A stretch of DNA of 21,349 nucleotides. Origin: Candidatus Jordarchaeia archaeon (GTDB lineage Archaea; Asgardarchaeota; Jordiarchaeia; Jordiarchaeales; Jordiarchaeaceae). Below, one piece after another: positions 7,955 through 16,533 of this stretch. The notes beneath the pieces are model-generated. The model saw only the letters and a list, made by a program, of their open reading frames with translations. It had not been told where the DNA came from and did not search any database. The translations under genes were made by a program, and so were the position numbers. The stretch covers positions 1-21,349 of the forward strand of contig JAHQXB010000175.1 of NCBI GenBank assembly GCA_029856435.1, written 5' to 3'. Each line of letters begins with the position of its first letter. Position 1 is the stretch's first letter.

Positions 7955-9013
7955 TCAACTCACATTTTTAAAGATTTCTGAAATTTTTTCCAGGAACTTT
8001 TCAACCGATTTACGCAATTTCACCTCATCAAACGGTTTATTGCCGGGAAACGCAGTCAAAAACGCCACTTCTTTATTAACACTTTTAACCAAAATTAATA
8101 AACCTTCTGTCCTAAGAATAATGGCATCTGGAAAACCTTTCTCACGTTCCTCCAGAATTAAAGCAGCATGTGTTATTATATTCCCCAACAGTGTATCCTT
8201 AACTTCACTTTCTTTAAAAGTTGACGCAATGACAAAACTACTCACTTTATCCAAAACCACACTTCCCACGGAGCTCAAGCTACGGTCTACATCCACAAGC
8301 AGAGATGTAAGACTGTTCAAAAATTTTTCCGGATACACTTTCCTTGCTTCCACACCCAGCAAAATATCCTCTTTGAGAAATCTCTTATATTTGTCTATCA
8401 CCTCAATTATGGCTTCGTCAGACCTCTTCCAGTAATCCACACGCTCACCAGTAGCGCTAACACGATCCATAATTGAAGTGCCGTAAACAGTGATTCTCTT
8501 CACCATCTTTTCCACCCGCCTTCTCTCCTGCAAATCCTCGGGAAGATACTCCTGGTACAGTTCAGCTGGTCCAATTAGAATATTCCTTATCTCATCTGGT
8601 GGTAGGTGGACTTTCAAATCCTGTTTGTGCGCAAAAATAACTGGAAAAGCTTGAGGGGAATACTTGGCAACTCTGCTAATGGATCTCCAAAATTCCTTCC
8701 TCGCTAGGCGAAGCCTACTAGGATCGCCCGAATCAACCACATAGATAAAAATATTCGCCTTACTGAAAAGAGACTCCTCCCTCTCTGGCCGGTAATACTC
8801 ATCAAACATTCTCTCCTGCCCACCGGTATCAAAAAACTTGCAGAGATAACTCCCATGCCTAAAATCGGGATGAACCTTAATTAGCATAGTGGGCTCCATA
8901 CCTGCAAGGTCCTTTGCGTTCAATCCGTAGATTACTTGAAGAATTATGGATGTTTTACCAGCACTGGTGGGCCCCATCACCAATATCTTAAGACGCTCCT
9001 CCATCACCAACAT
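7955..9013 (-). CDS. Rag/Gtr-like small GTPase with C-terminal roadblock domain
   Basis: G1 GPTSAGKT, G2 EPT, G3 DTGGQE, G4 HKQD, G5 TSIMD. The ~125-aa C-terminal domain has a helix-strand-strand pattern (VVLDKVSSFVIAS...AIILRTEGLLILVKSVNKEVAFL). Alternative ATG at 9004. Confidence 0.82.
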   Translation of the reverse strand: MLVMEERLKILVMGPTSAGKTSIILQVIYGLNAKDLAGMEPTMLIKVHPDFRHGSYLCKFFDTGGQERMFDEYYRPEREESLFSKANIFIYVVDSGDPSRLRLARKEFWRSISRVAKYSPQAFPVIFAHKQDLKVHLPPDEIRNILIGPAELYQEYLPEDLQERRRVEKMVKRITVYGTSIMDRVSATGERVDYWKRSDEAIIEVIDKYKRFLKEDILLGVEARKVYPEKFLNSLTSLLVDVDRSLSSVGSVVLDKVSSFVIASTFKESEVKDTLLGNIITHAALILEEREKGFPDAIILRTEGLLILVKSVNKEVAFLTAFPGNKPFDEVKLRKSVEKFLEKISEIFKNVS

Positions 9014-10370
9014 CCTCCAAAGCTCTCCGAATCCTCTTTCTAGCCTCCTCCAACTGCTTAAGCCTCCTCCTTCGGAACGACGCAGCCTCCCCAGAAATAT
9101 AGAAACGACTCACAACCAAGCCAAAAACCGAAACCACAGTAACTGCACCAATAATCAGTGCAGCAGAAGATGAACTGGGCTGATTTCCGCTGCCAAGCAA
9201 GAAGGCAATTAAAAACATTTCAAAATAAGGTGAAACCGCTGGAGGAACATAGTCCAAAACCAGCACAGCCAAAGCAATTTCCCAAGAGTCCTGAACTCTA
9301 TCCAAATTTTCACTGTTACCTTTGAATCGAATAGTTAATGTTGAACTATCAATTTTCAATGAAGCATTATTCCACGTATTATTTTGTAGATTAGAAATAA
9401 TTCCTCTCCAAGCACCATTTGACCAGTACCATACACTAATATTCTCATTACTTGTAAAATTGCCGGTTCGGATACATAAATTGCTATTAGATGCAGTTAG
9501 GGGAACATTTGTCCACTGGAGCTCTAAATCCAACTCATAATTTGGCACGGTATAATTTACAACAACCCAAACAAAAGTACACCGCAACTCAGCATCAGGC
9601 CCTTTAGGAATCCTCAACCTGACTCCTGCCTGGAGATCCTCCAAATCAGACCAATTCCAGGACTCAAGTGTATCTGGATTCCGATCCCACCTACTTGAGA
9701 AATTCACATAACCATCAGAATAAACGTTAAAGGTACTTCCTTGCTGTGCAGGTAGTGACCAACTTGGACTATAAAGCATGGGAACCACAATACCATATGT
9801 AGAGTTCGACAAAAGATGGAGTTTAACTGTTACGCAAACCTCTACATAATTTATAATCGCTCCCTCAATTACTGGAGGTTCTTCCAAGTTGTACAAATCC
9901 ATTTTCCAAGTGTTTGTCTTATTTAAAAAAACATAGGAGGTGTCATCGTCAGATTCGTTGCAACACTCCCAATTTGGTTTTTCAGCGGGATTAGGGTAAA
10001 GTTGTTCAGTTCCAGTTTCACCATTTGGCACAAGTGTATGCGTAGCTGAAGGGTTAGTGTTGCTCTCGGTAAGTGTATCATAGGTGCTAGTATTTTGGTC
10101 AGCTAGGTTTGGCCAGTGGGAGTGGAAACCCACACTGGGGGACCCATCTACATTGGTATCATTACGATTCGGATAAAGGTATATCATATCCTTGGGGTGG
10201 CTGGGTACGCTCTGACCACTGCTAAAAAATCCCGGTTCAAGATGCAGAACATTATCTGGTGATGTGAATGAACTTATCATTATGAGGGAGAAAGCGAGAA
10301 CCAGTGCTAAAGCAGCTGATGTCCCCAATAGTTTCTTACTTTTTAGTTTTAACTTCCTTCCATAGGGCAT
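8988..10370 (-). CDS. Membrane-anchored cell-surface glycoprotein (beta-rich ectodomain)
   Basis: Basic N-terminus plus hydrophobic signal/anchor (ALALVLAFSLIMI), Asn/Trp/Thr-rich ectodomain with at least 12 N-x-S/T sequons, C-terminal hydrophobic segments (YFEMFLIAFLL; ALIIGAVTVVSVFGLVV) and a basic tail (RRRRLKQLEEARKRIRR). Its stop overlaps the GTPase start. Confidence 0.85.
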   Translation of the reverse strand: MPYGRKLKLKSKKLLGTSAALALVLAFSLIMISSFTSPDNVLHLEPGFFSSGQSVPSHPKDMIYLYPNRNDTNVDGSPSVGFHSHWPNLADQNTSTYDTLTESNTNPSATHTLVPNGETGTEQLYPNPAEKPNWECCNESDDDTSYVFLNKTNTWKMDLYNLEEPPVIEGAIINYVEVCVTVKLHLLSNSTYGIVVPMLYSPSWSLPAQQGSTFNVYSDGYVNFSSRWDRNPDTLESWNWSDLEDLQAGVRLRIPKGPDAELRCTFVWVVVNYTVPNYELDLELQWTNVPLTASNSNLCIRTGNFTSNENISVWYWSNGAWRGIISNLQNNTWNNASLKIDSSTLTIRFKGNSENLDRVQDSWEIALAVLVLDYVPPAVSPYFEMFLIAFLLGSGNQPSSSSAALIIGAVTVVSVFGLVVSRFYISGEAASFRRRRLKQLEEARKRIRRALEDVGDGGAS

Positions 10371-10662
10371 GGGTAATCTACCTAAAAACTGTTCACGTGT
10401 AGAAACTTTTTGTGAAGAGACCCCTTGGGCTACTTTTTCCTTCGCGGAAAATATTATATTTTATCGTTAAGCTACGAATTTTAAGATAACTACGTGTTAA
10501 TATTGTTCCCTCTCGGTAAAAAAATTTTCTATCGCCATTTTTAATTAAAAATAGATTCGCTTTTAACATAAATAACTCGAAAAACCCAACCCCCCATTCA
10601 CATCAACCACAAATTTAACACTCCAAGAATTCAAAGACACACCACAAAAAGGACAACTAAAC

Positions 10663-10669
10663 TTATATA
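10663..10669 (+). promoter_or_regulatory. Candidate TATA box for the M24 peptidase gene
   Basis: TTATATA after an A-rich tract, about 90 nt upstream of ATG 10757. A second candidate TTTAAA lies about 20 nt downstream. Confidence 0.3.
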
Positions 10670-10756
10670 CTCAATAAAAAAGGTTTAAACTAATAGTTAC
10701 ATTTTTAGATGCCTCTCATTGGAGGAGAACAGACTCAAAAAAAAGGGTGAATTGTA

Positions 10757-12019
10757 ATGGCTAAAAAGGGAGAGGTAACCAAGAAAAAATGGGAAACAAT
10801 ACCCTACCCAGAATACAGGAAACGTATCCAGACAGCTAGAGAACTACTAGCCAAACACAACATGGACGCCATGATCCTATTCTCTCCTATAAACTGGCGA
10901 TACTATGGCGGATGGACAGATGTGGCCCAAATGCACAATTGGGTGTGGCGTTCCTGCATGATTATACCCCGAGACCACAACCCAGTAAATGTCTGCCACG
11001 GAGCCTTTTATTGGCAGAATCTTTTAACAACCTATGTTGAAGACAACCGCTTCTGGAGTGAAACTGAGGGCGGACAATTATTGGCCTCCTTCCTAACCGG
11101 GCAAAGGGTGCCCAGCGAGTTTTGGCAATTACTGCTAGACACCCTAAAAGAACTAAAACTAGATAGGGGAACAATCGGGATTGAGAAGGGTCCTGACATA
11201 GACACCTACCTTTCGTTTGAAGAATACGACCTCCTAAACAAAAGATTGCCAGATGTGAAAATCGTAGCCGCAGACCCTGTCATATGGGAGCAGAGGAGTG
11301 TGAAAACCCCATACGAAATTGAAATCATCCGTGAAGGCTGCAAGAGATCAGTCAAAGTTTTGAGGGCGGCCTTTGAAACCATTAAACCCGGAGTAAACGA
11401 GCTTGATGTACATAGAGCCTTCTGGAGAGCCTGCGCCGAACAAGACCTGCTGGAATCACCAAACTGTTCAACCTGGCTCTGCTGGACAAGCAACGCTGAG
11501 GAGGAGGGAGGAGTCTTCAGGTGGATAACTGGACCTGTAGACCGCATCATAAAGGAGGGAGATATGGGAATCAGTGACTGCGGACCCACCTATAAGGGCT
11601 ACCAGATGGATTGGCAAAGAACATTCTACGTAGGCGACCCGCCAAAGAAACAGGTGGAACTAAGCAAATTAGCCATAGAGGGGGAACAGGCAGCCATAGA
11701 CGCCTTGGTACCAGGGGCAAAGGTGGGAGACGCCCACAAAGCCTCAGTTGAAGCGTTAAAGAAGAAGGATCCTATGCAGATGCACATAATAAACTTTGTA
11801 GGGCACGGCATGGGCCTGTCAAACCATGAGCCACCCTGGATTATACCCGACAATCCCACATTAGTAAAGGAAAATATGGTGTTTTGTGTAGAAGTGGGAG
11901 CGTTTGATTTGGAAATGCGGCTGGTGGGGGCTATGCCCGAAGACATTGTACTGGTGACAAAGAAGGGCCCCGAAATTTTAACAAAAGACTTCCCACGAGA
12001 CCTATGGATAGCCAAATAA
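10757..12019 (+). CDS. M24B family metallopeptidase (Xaa-Pro peptidase/creatinase fold)
   Basis: Creatinase-like N-domain. All metal ligands are present: SDCG...MDWQRT, GHGMGL..HEPP, CVEVG, PEDIVLV. GGGTGA RBS. Confidence 0.92.
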   Translation: MAKKGEVTKKKWETIPYPEYRKRIQTARELLAKHNMDAMILFSPINWRYYGGWTDVAQMHNWVWRSCMIIPRDHNPVNVCHGAFYWQNLLTTYVEDNRFWSETEGGQLLASFLTGQRVPSEFWQLLLDTLKELKLDRGTIGIEKGPDIDTYLSFEEYDLLNKRLPDVKIVAADPVIWEQRSVKTPYEIEIIREGCKRSVKVLRAAFETIKPGVNELDVHRAFWRACAEQDLLESPNCSTWLCWTSNAEEEGGVFRWITGPVDRIIKEGDMGISDCGPTYKGYQMDWQRTFYVGDPPKKQVELSKLAIEGEQAAIDALVPGAKVGDAHKASVEALKKKDPMQMHIINFVGHGMGLSNHEPPWIIPDNPTLVKENMVFCVEVGAFDLEMRLVGAMPEDIVLVTKKGPEILTKDFPRDLWIAK

Positions 12020-12040
12020 AACAAAACCACAAATAATCAT

Positions 12041-12055
12041 CTTTTTTCTCTTTTT
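12041..12055 (+). terminator. Candidate oligo-T terminator
   Basis: CTTTTTTCTCTTTTT about 20 nt after the peptidase stop. Confidence 0.35.
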
Positions 12056-12256
12056 AGGAGTGTCAACAGAGAAACCAAGCGAATATTTCCTGGGGAGGAG
12101 TAGAGTAGAAATACTTGAAAAAAGGAAAAAACACAAAATTGGGGCCTCGCCTCTTTTTGGGTGAAGAAGGCCGCTGAAGGAGCTGACTTCACACATTTTG
12201 TCGCAATGTATAACTTGATGCTTCGGCTTGGATCTGTCCGATTTTAGGGTTTTTGT

Positions 12257-13999
12257 TTAGGATTTTACCATTTTTAGAAATTCTTCTACTTTTCTGGTGT
12301 TTACAATGTCTTTGGCTGTGGCCCAGCCTCTTCTTGCTTGGGCGATTCCCAGTTCTAGGTAGTGTAGGTGGGGTTTGCTGTGTGCGTCTGAGCTTATTCC
12401 AAGTTTGGCTCCTACTTCCACAGCTTTCCTTATGTATTCGTCCTTTAGGTCTAGTCTGTCGGGGTAGGAGTCTATGTCTAGAATTGTTCCAGTGTCTTTT
12501 GCGGCTTCGATTATTTTATCCATGTCTAGTGGAACGGGGTCTCTTTTCTGGATTTCCCTGGTGGTGGGGTGGCAGAGAATGTCCAAGTTTGGGTTTTCAA
12601 TGGCTTTCAACACTCTTCTGGTCATTTCTTCCCTGCTTTGTTTAAATTGGGAGTGTATTCCGGCGCTGACTACATCCAATTCTTCTAGGGTTTCGTCTGA
12701 TATGTCTAGGCTACCGTCTTTTAGAATATTTAACTCTACGCCCTTAAGAATCCTTATTCCAGAAATCTGTTCGTTTAGTGCGTCTATTTCTTTCCCCTGT
12801 TTTAGAAGCATTTTTTCATCCAGTCCGCCGGTCATGGCTAGGGATTTGGAGTGGTCAGATATCACAATGTATTCCAATCCCAGTTTCCTGGCTTCCTCAG
12901 CCATTTCCCTTATGGTGTTGGCTCCATCAGTCCAGTTGGAGTGGACTTGTAAATCGCCCTTCAAATCCTTGTAGTCAACAAGTTTCGGGAGCTTGTTTTT
13001 CTTAGCAGCCTCTATTTCTCCAGTGTTCTCTCTCAACTCTGGGGGAATCCATTGTAAACCCAGCTTCTCATAGATTTCTTCCTCAGTTCTACCAGCTATC
13101 TGTTTTTCTCCGTCAAACAAGCCGTACTCGCTTAGTTTCCACCCCTTCTCCTGCGCGATTCTTCTGAGGGCAACATTGTGATCCTTGCTCCCCGTAAAAT
13201 ACTGCAAAGCGGCGCCGAAACTTTCCTCGGGCACCACTCTAACATCAACATCCATTCCAGTTTTCAGCTTCACGGAGGACTTGGTTTCACCCTTCCCAAT
13301 AATGTTTATGACTTCTGGCATGGAAACGAAGAAGTCCATCACCCTACTTGGATTGTCCGATATGACTAGGAAGTCGGCGTCGCCAATTGTTTCCTTCATT
13401 CTCCTCACAGAGCCGGACGCTACAACCCTTTTTGTCTCCGGCAACGACTTCAATCTGTTTTCTATATCTCTAATTAGGGGCAGAGTGAATCCCAAAATGA
13501 ATCTTCCCTTACTCCTCCTGGCGAATTCTATTCCCTTCAAAATGTTCTGCTCAGTCTTCTCCTTGAAACCGGGCAACTTACATATCTTGTGGGCCAGGGC
13601 GGCCTTTTCCAAGTCCTCAATATTCCTGATTTTCAATTCTTGCCAGAGAGTCTTGATGGTTTTGGGCCCCAGCCCCTCTATGCCCGAGAGGCTTCCCAAA
13701 TCTACTGGAACCTTCTCCTTCAACTCCTCATAGTACTTAATCCTTCCCGTTTTTATCAGTTCCTCTATTTTTTCAGCAATACTCTTACCAACACCGGGAA
13801 TTTCCATTAGAGCCTTGATTCCGCCCTTTCTGTAGATTTCCTCCACATCCTCCTGCAAAGCCTCGATGGATCTGGCAGCCTTCTCATAAGCCCTAGGTTT
13901 AAACTGCACATCATCCATTTCCAGAAAAACAGCTATCTCCTTAAGAATATTTGCAACCTCAAAATTCTTCGTCTCAAATCCTCCTCTACAGTAGTCCAT
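12257..13999 (-). CDS. polX: Family X DNA polymerase with PHP domain
   Basis: HhH motifs (IPGVGKSIA, IEGLGPKT), SGSVRRMKETIGDAD, DVRVV, YFTGSKDHN; PHP motifs DLQVHSNWTDG, SDH, CHPT, SSDAH. Confidence 0.96.
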   Translation of the reverse strand: MDYCRGGFETKNFEVANILKEIAVFLEMDDVQFKPRAYEKAARSIEALQEDVEEIYRKGGIKALMEIPGVGKSIAEKIEELIKTGRIKYYEELKEKVPVDLGSLSGIEGLGPKTIKTLWQELKIRNIEDLEKAALAHKICKLPGFKEKTEQNILKGIEFARRSKGRFILGFTLPLIRDIENRLKSLPETKRVVASGSVRRMKETIGDADFLVISDNPSRVMDFFVSMPEVINIIGKGETKSSVKLKTGMDVDVRVVPEESFGAALQYFTGSKDHNVALRRIAQEKGWKLSEYGLFDGEKQIAGRTEEEIYEKLGLQWIPPELRENTGEIEAAKKNKLPKLVDYKDLKGDLQVHSNWTDGANTIREMAEEARKLGLEYIVISDHSKSLAMTGGLDEKMLLKQGKEIDALNEQISGIRILKGVELNILKDGSLDISDETLEELDVVSAGIHSQFKQSREEMTRRVLKAIENPNLDILCHPTTREIQKRDPVPLDMDKIIEAAKDTGTILDIDSYPDRLDLKDEYIRKAVEVGAKLGISSDAHSKPHLHYLELGIAQARRGWATAKDIVNTRKVEEFLKMVKS

Positions 14000-14123
14000 A
14001 CTTCGCTAAATATTTACTCCAATGTAAAATTAAAGATTACTAAATCACACCACAACACACATAAAAATACCCTTCTAGAAACTAGCTGGAAAATTGAGAA
14101 ATTATTAACACCATTTAAACCTA

Positions 14124-14438
14124 TAGATTTTCTCATTAATTTTTTCCTAAACCTCACTTAACCCTAGGTTATTTTAGGCTTCTTTCCCCAAAAAAAGCGG
14201 AAAAAACCATGTTTCCTGGAAGCGAGGCACTGTTAACCTGGCGTCACTTGTTGTGGGCAGGTTCGTGGTGTGTAGGGAATGTCTTGTTTAAGCCTAAATT
14301 CGGCGTTTAAGGCAGAGGAAAATACTCATTTAAGACGTAGAAGGTGGGGAAAAGTTACAAAACAGCACTACCTCTCAACAGGAGACGCTGAGGGAACTGT
14401 GCCGGAAGCGAAAAGAAAAAAATTAAATGGAAAGCTTA
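14124..14438 (+). mobile_element. ~130-bp MITE copy 3, interrupted by a nested element
   Basis: Starts TAGATTTTCTCATTAATTTTTTCC and ends AAAAAATTAAATGGAAAGCTTA, with TA at 14122-14123 and 14439-14440. It is 129 bp after removing the 178-bp insert and one 8-bp TSD. Confidence 0.88.
14226..14403. mobile_element. 178-bp IS6-family-like MITE nested in MITE copy 3
   Basis: Perfect 8-bp TSD GGAAGCGA (14218-14225, 14404-14411). Ends GGCACTGTTAACCTGGCGTC / GGCACAGTTCCCTCAGCGTC (14/20). GGCACTGTT and 8-bp TSDs are IS6/IS26 hallmarks. Confidence 0.85.
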
Positions 14439-14604
14439 TACTAACATGAATTCTCACAATATTGCCTTTTCCACCACCTCTTTTTTCTCCACTTCTAATT
14501 CCATTTAGGTTTTTGGCAACGCTGACAGGAAAATAATTAGTCCCTACTACTTCGTGAAGTTGACTCCCCTATCTCATAATTCTGTAATTTTCTAATTTAT
14601 TGAA

Positions 14605-14850
14605 TCAAAAACGGAGTATTTTGGATTTGAACGGTTGACAATGGCTCTCCTCAATAATCTGTATCAAATCAATGAGCATATCCTGTGCCTCGGTCAACAA
14701 TTTTTCATCTCTCCTGTCAGAGGCTAGCAAATCGTCTATGAAGGACTCAAGTTCTCGCTTAAAAGACAAAAGGTCAAAATTAACCTTTTCACATCGAGCC
14801 CTTTGATACTTCCTACGCATCTCCTCAATACCTAGTTTGGGGCGGCTCAA
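14605..14850 (-). CDS. Hypothetical small helical protein
   Basis: 81-aa ORF, TTG start with GAGGT about 8 nt upstream, charged amphipathic composition, no recognised motif. Confidence 0.5.
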   Translation of the reverse strand: MSRPKLGIEEMRRKYQRARCEKVNFDLLSFKRELESFIDDLLASDRRDEKLLTEAQDMLIDLIQIIEESHCQPFKSKILRF

Positions 14851-15077
14851 TTTTTCCCTACCTCTTCTTTTGTATTCATACCTACATAGTGCAAGGTTAT
14901 TTAGTCCACAAAAAAATTTTCATAATCACGTCGTTTATTATTTGCATAAGGGGTGTAAAAAGCTTTTAGTGCAGCATTTTTGGATCGCGGTTTTTGGCCG
15001 GTTGTTGTCGGGTTTTTTGGCACTAAAGTCATTATTCCCTCCTTTTCCAAATGGAATCTTTTTGGGCCATATACATA

Positions 15078-15207
15078 TAGAGTTTCTCATTAATTTTTTT
15101 CCTAAACCTATCCTTAACCAAGGTTATTTAAGGCTTCTTTTCCCAAAAAAGGCGAAAAAAACCATACCTTCTGGAAGAGAAAAGGAAAAAATTAGATGGA
15201 AAGTCTA
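15078..15207 (+). mobile_element. ~130-bp MITE copy 2
   Basis: Starts TAGAGTTTCTCATT and ends GATGGAAAGTCTA, with TA at 15076-15077 and 15208-15209. About 10 substitutions and 1 indel versus copy 1. Confidence 0.9.
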
Positions 15208-15741
15208 TATTATTCGATAAAAAATCTTGGCGTAAGTGAGTGTTTTAGTGGAGTTTGTAAACAATCCGCTTCCTTTTTCCACTCTGAGTTTACAACCCAC
15301 TTACCGTTATACTTCAGTTTTAATCTTAACTTTTCATATGCCTATTTTTCCTTCAATAATTTTTCCGTGGACATAAAGATACCTAAAATATCTATACAAA
15401 ATATACTGTAAACATTTGCGAATCAGAATAAAAAATTCTGAATAAGAGTATGAAGAATAACCAGCTTTACAATGATATTGATAAGCCAATAAAAGAAATA
15501 CAGAAGATGCTCACCTTGCGAGTAACCCTATTGAGGTGCCATTTTGTCCCCATATATTATGATTTAGCGTCACTTTATAATTTTTAAACTGCAGAGTGTG
15601 TGGGTTACGTTTTAAAATGGTGCTTCTTTTTAGTAAAAAAATTGGTGGTTGAATATTTTTTCTGTGTGGCTAGTTCTCTTCTTTAATTGTGTGTTCGTTT
15701 TCCAAATTCTCTGGGAAGTCCCCTGCTTCCTACTGATAACC

Positions 15742-16305
15742 CTAGGTTTGTCCTTGGAAGGTGGCAATGTTTAAGAGGGTTGCAGATTGTTCTGGGGCCA
15801 CTTCAGGTTTAGAGTCGGTCTTTTGCGGCTTGGTTTCGGTTGTTTTGGAAACTTCTATTCCCACAGGTTGGGAAGCGGGAGGGAACTGCCCTTTTATGAC
15901 CTCTACTAGGTACTTGTCTTTCATTTTGAAGATGCGGTTGAAAACTTCTGTGAACTCTTGGTTGCTGTTCTGGTTTTCGGCATCGTTTAGTTTTGATTCG
16001 TCAATAATTTTCAGGCTTTTCACGGAGTGCCCCACATGGAATTGGCCATACTTGTATCCTATCTTTCTTATAGACTCTACAGTGTTTAGCGCCAACCTTT
16101 TATCGACTTCACTGCAATTCTTCCCAAACCACAAGTACAGGGTTTTACTATACTCATCTATGGTCGCCACTACACTATCGCTGGACAAGTTTGTGCGTCC
16201 AAAAGGAATAGGCACCCTTTCTCCACGAACAATTTGAAGCATAAGCACATAGCTAGGGCCATTATACGCATCCTTTACCTTTCGTTCCGCAAACTCGTTA
16301 ATCAT
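15742..16305 (-). CDS. Gelsolin-like domain protein with Pro/Thr/Glu-rich tail (possibly truncated)
   Basis: LSSDSVVATIDEYSKTLYLWFGKNCSEVDKRLALNTVESIR matches the gelsolin repeat core (L.S.D...lD....lYlW.G..s...k..A). ATG 16305 has a GGGTG RBS; the track extends to 16356. Confidence 0.7.
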   Translation of the reverse strand: MINEFAERKVKDAYNGPSYVLMLQIVRGERVPIPFGRTNLSSDSVVATIDEYSKTLYLWFGKNCSEVDKRLALNTVESIRKIGYKYGQFHVGHSVKSLKIIDESKLNDAENQNSNQEFTEVFNRIFKMKDKYLVEVIKGQFPPASQPVGIEVSKTTETKPQKTDSKPEVAPEQSATLLNIATFQGQT

Positions 16306-16533
16306 ATTAAACACCCTAAAAAACTGGTTTTGGCCAAGAAAAGACAAGTAACACAAAGATAGAAATTAACAGGTGGAATACCAATTACGCAATCCCCTAA
16401 AATTATAATCAAAATTCTACGCGTATAGAGCAAAGAATCCCCCTTTAACTACGCATTCCCAAACAAAACCTCAAACAAAAAATGAAGAAAAATGCGACCA
16501 ACGTAATATTTAAACCTTACCACTCTCGTTCTA

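Noticed and set aside
12142-12172. GGCC-TCGCC...GGTGA-GGCC hairpin between convergent genes
   Set aside because: Bulged and weak; archaeal termination is adequately explained by the nearby oligo-T tracts.
14965-15027. 8-bp inverted repeat TTTAGTGC...GCACTAAA
   Set aside because: Too short to distinguish from chance, and no flanking duplication.
15196-15411. 71-aa plus-strand ORF and a minus-strand stretch resembling YEKLRLKLKYNGKWVV
   Set aside because: The plus ORF starts inside MITE copy 2 and is low-complexity. The minus stretch is broken by stops and matches no motif firmly.
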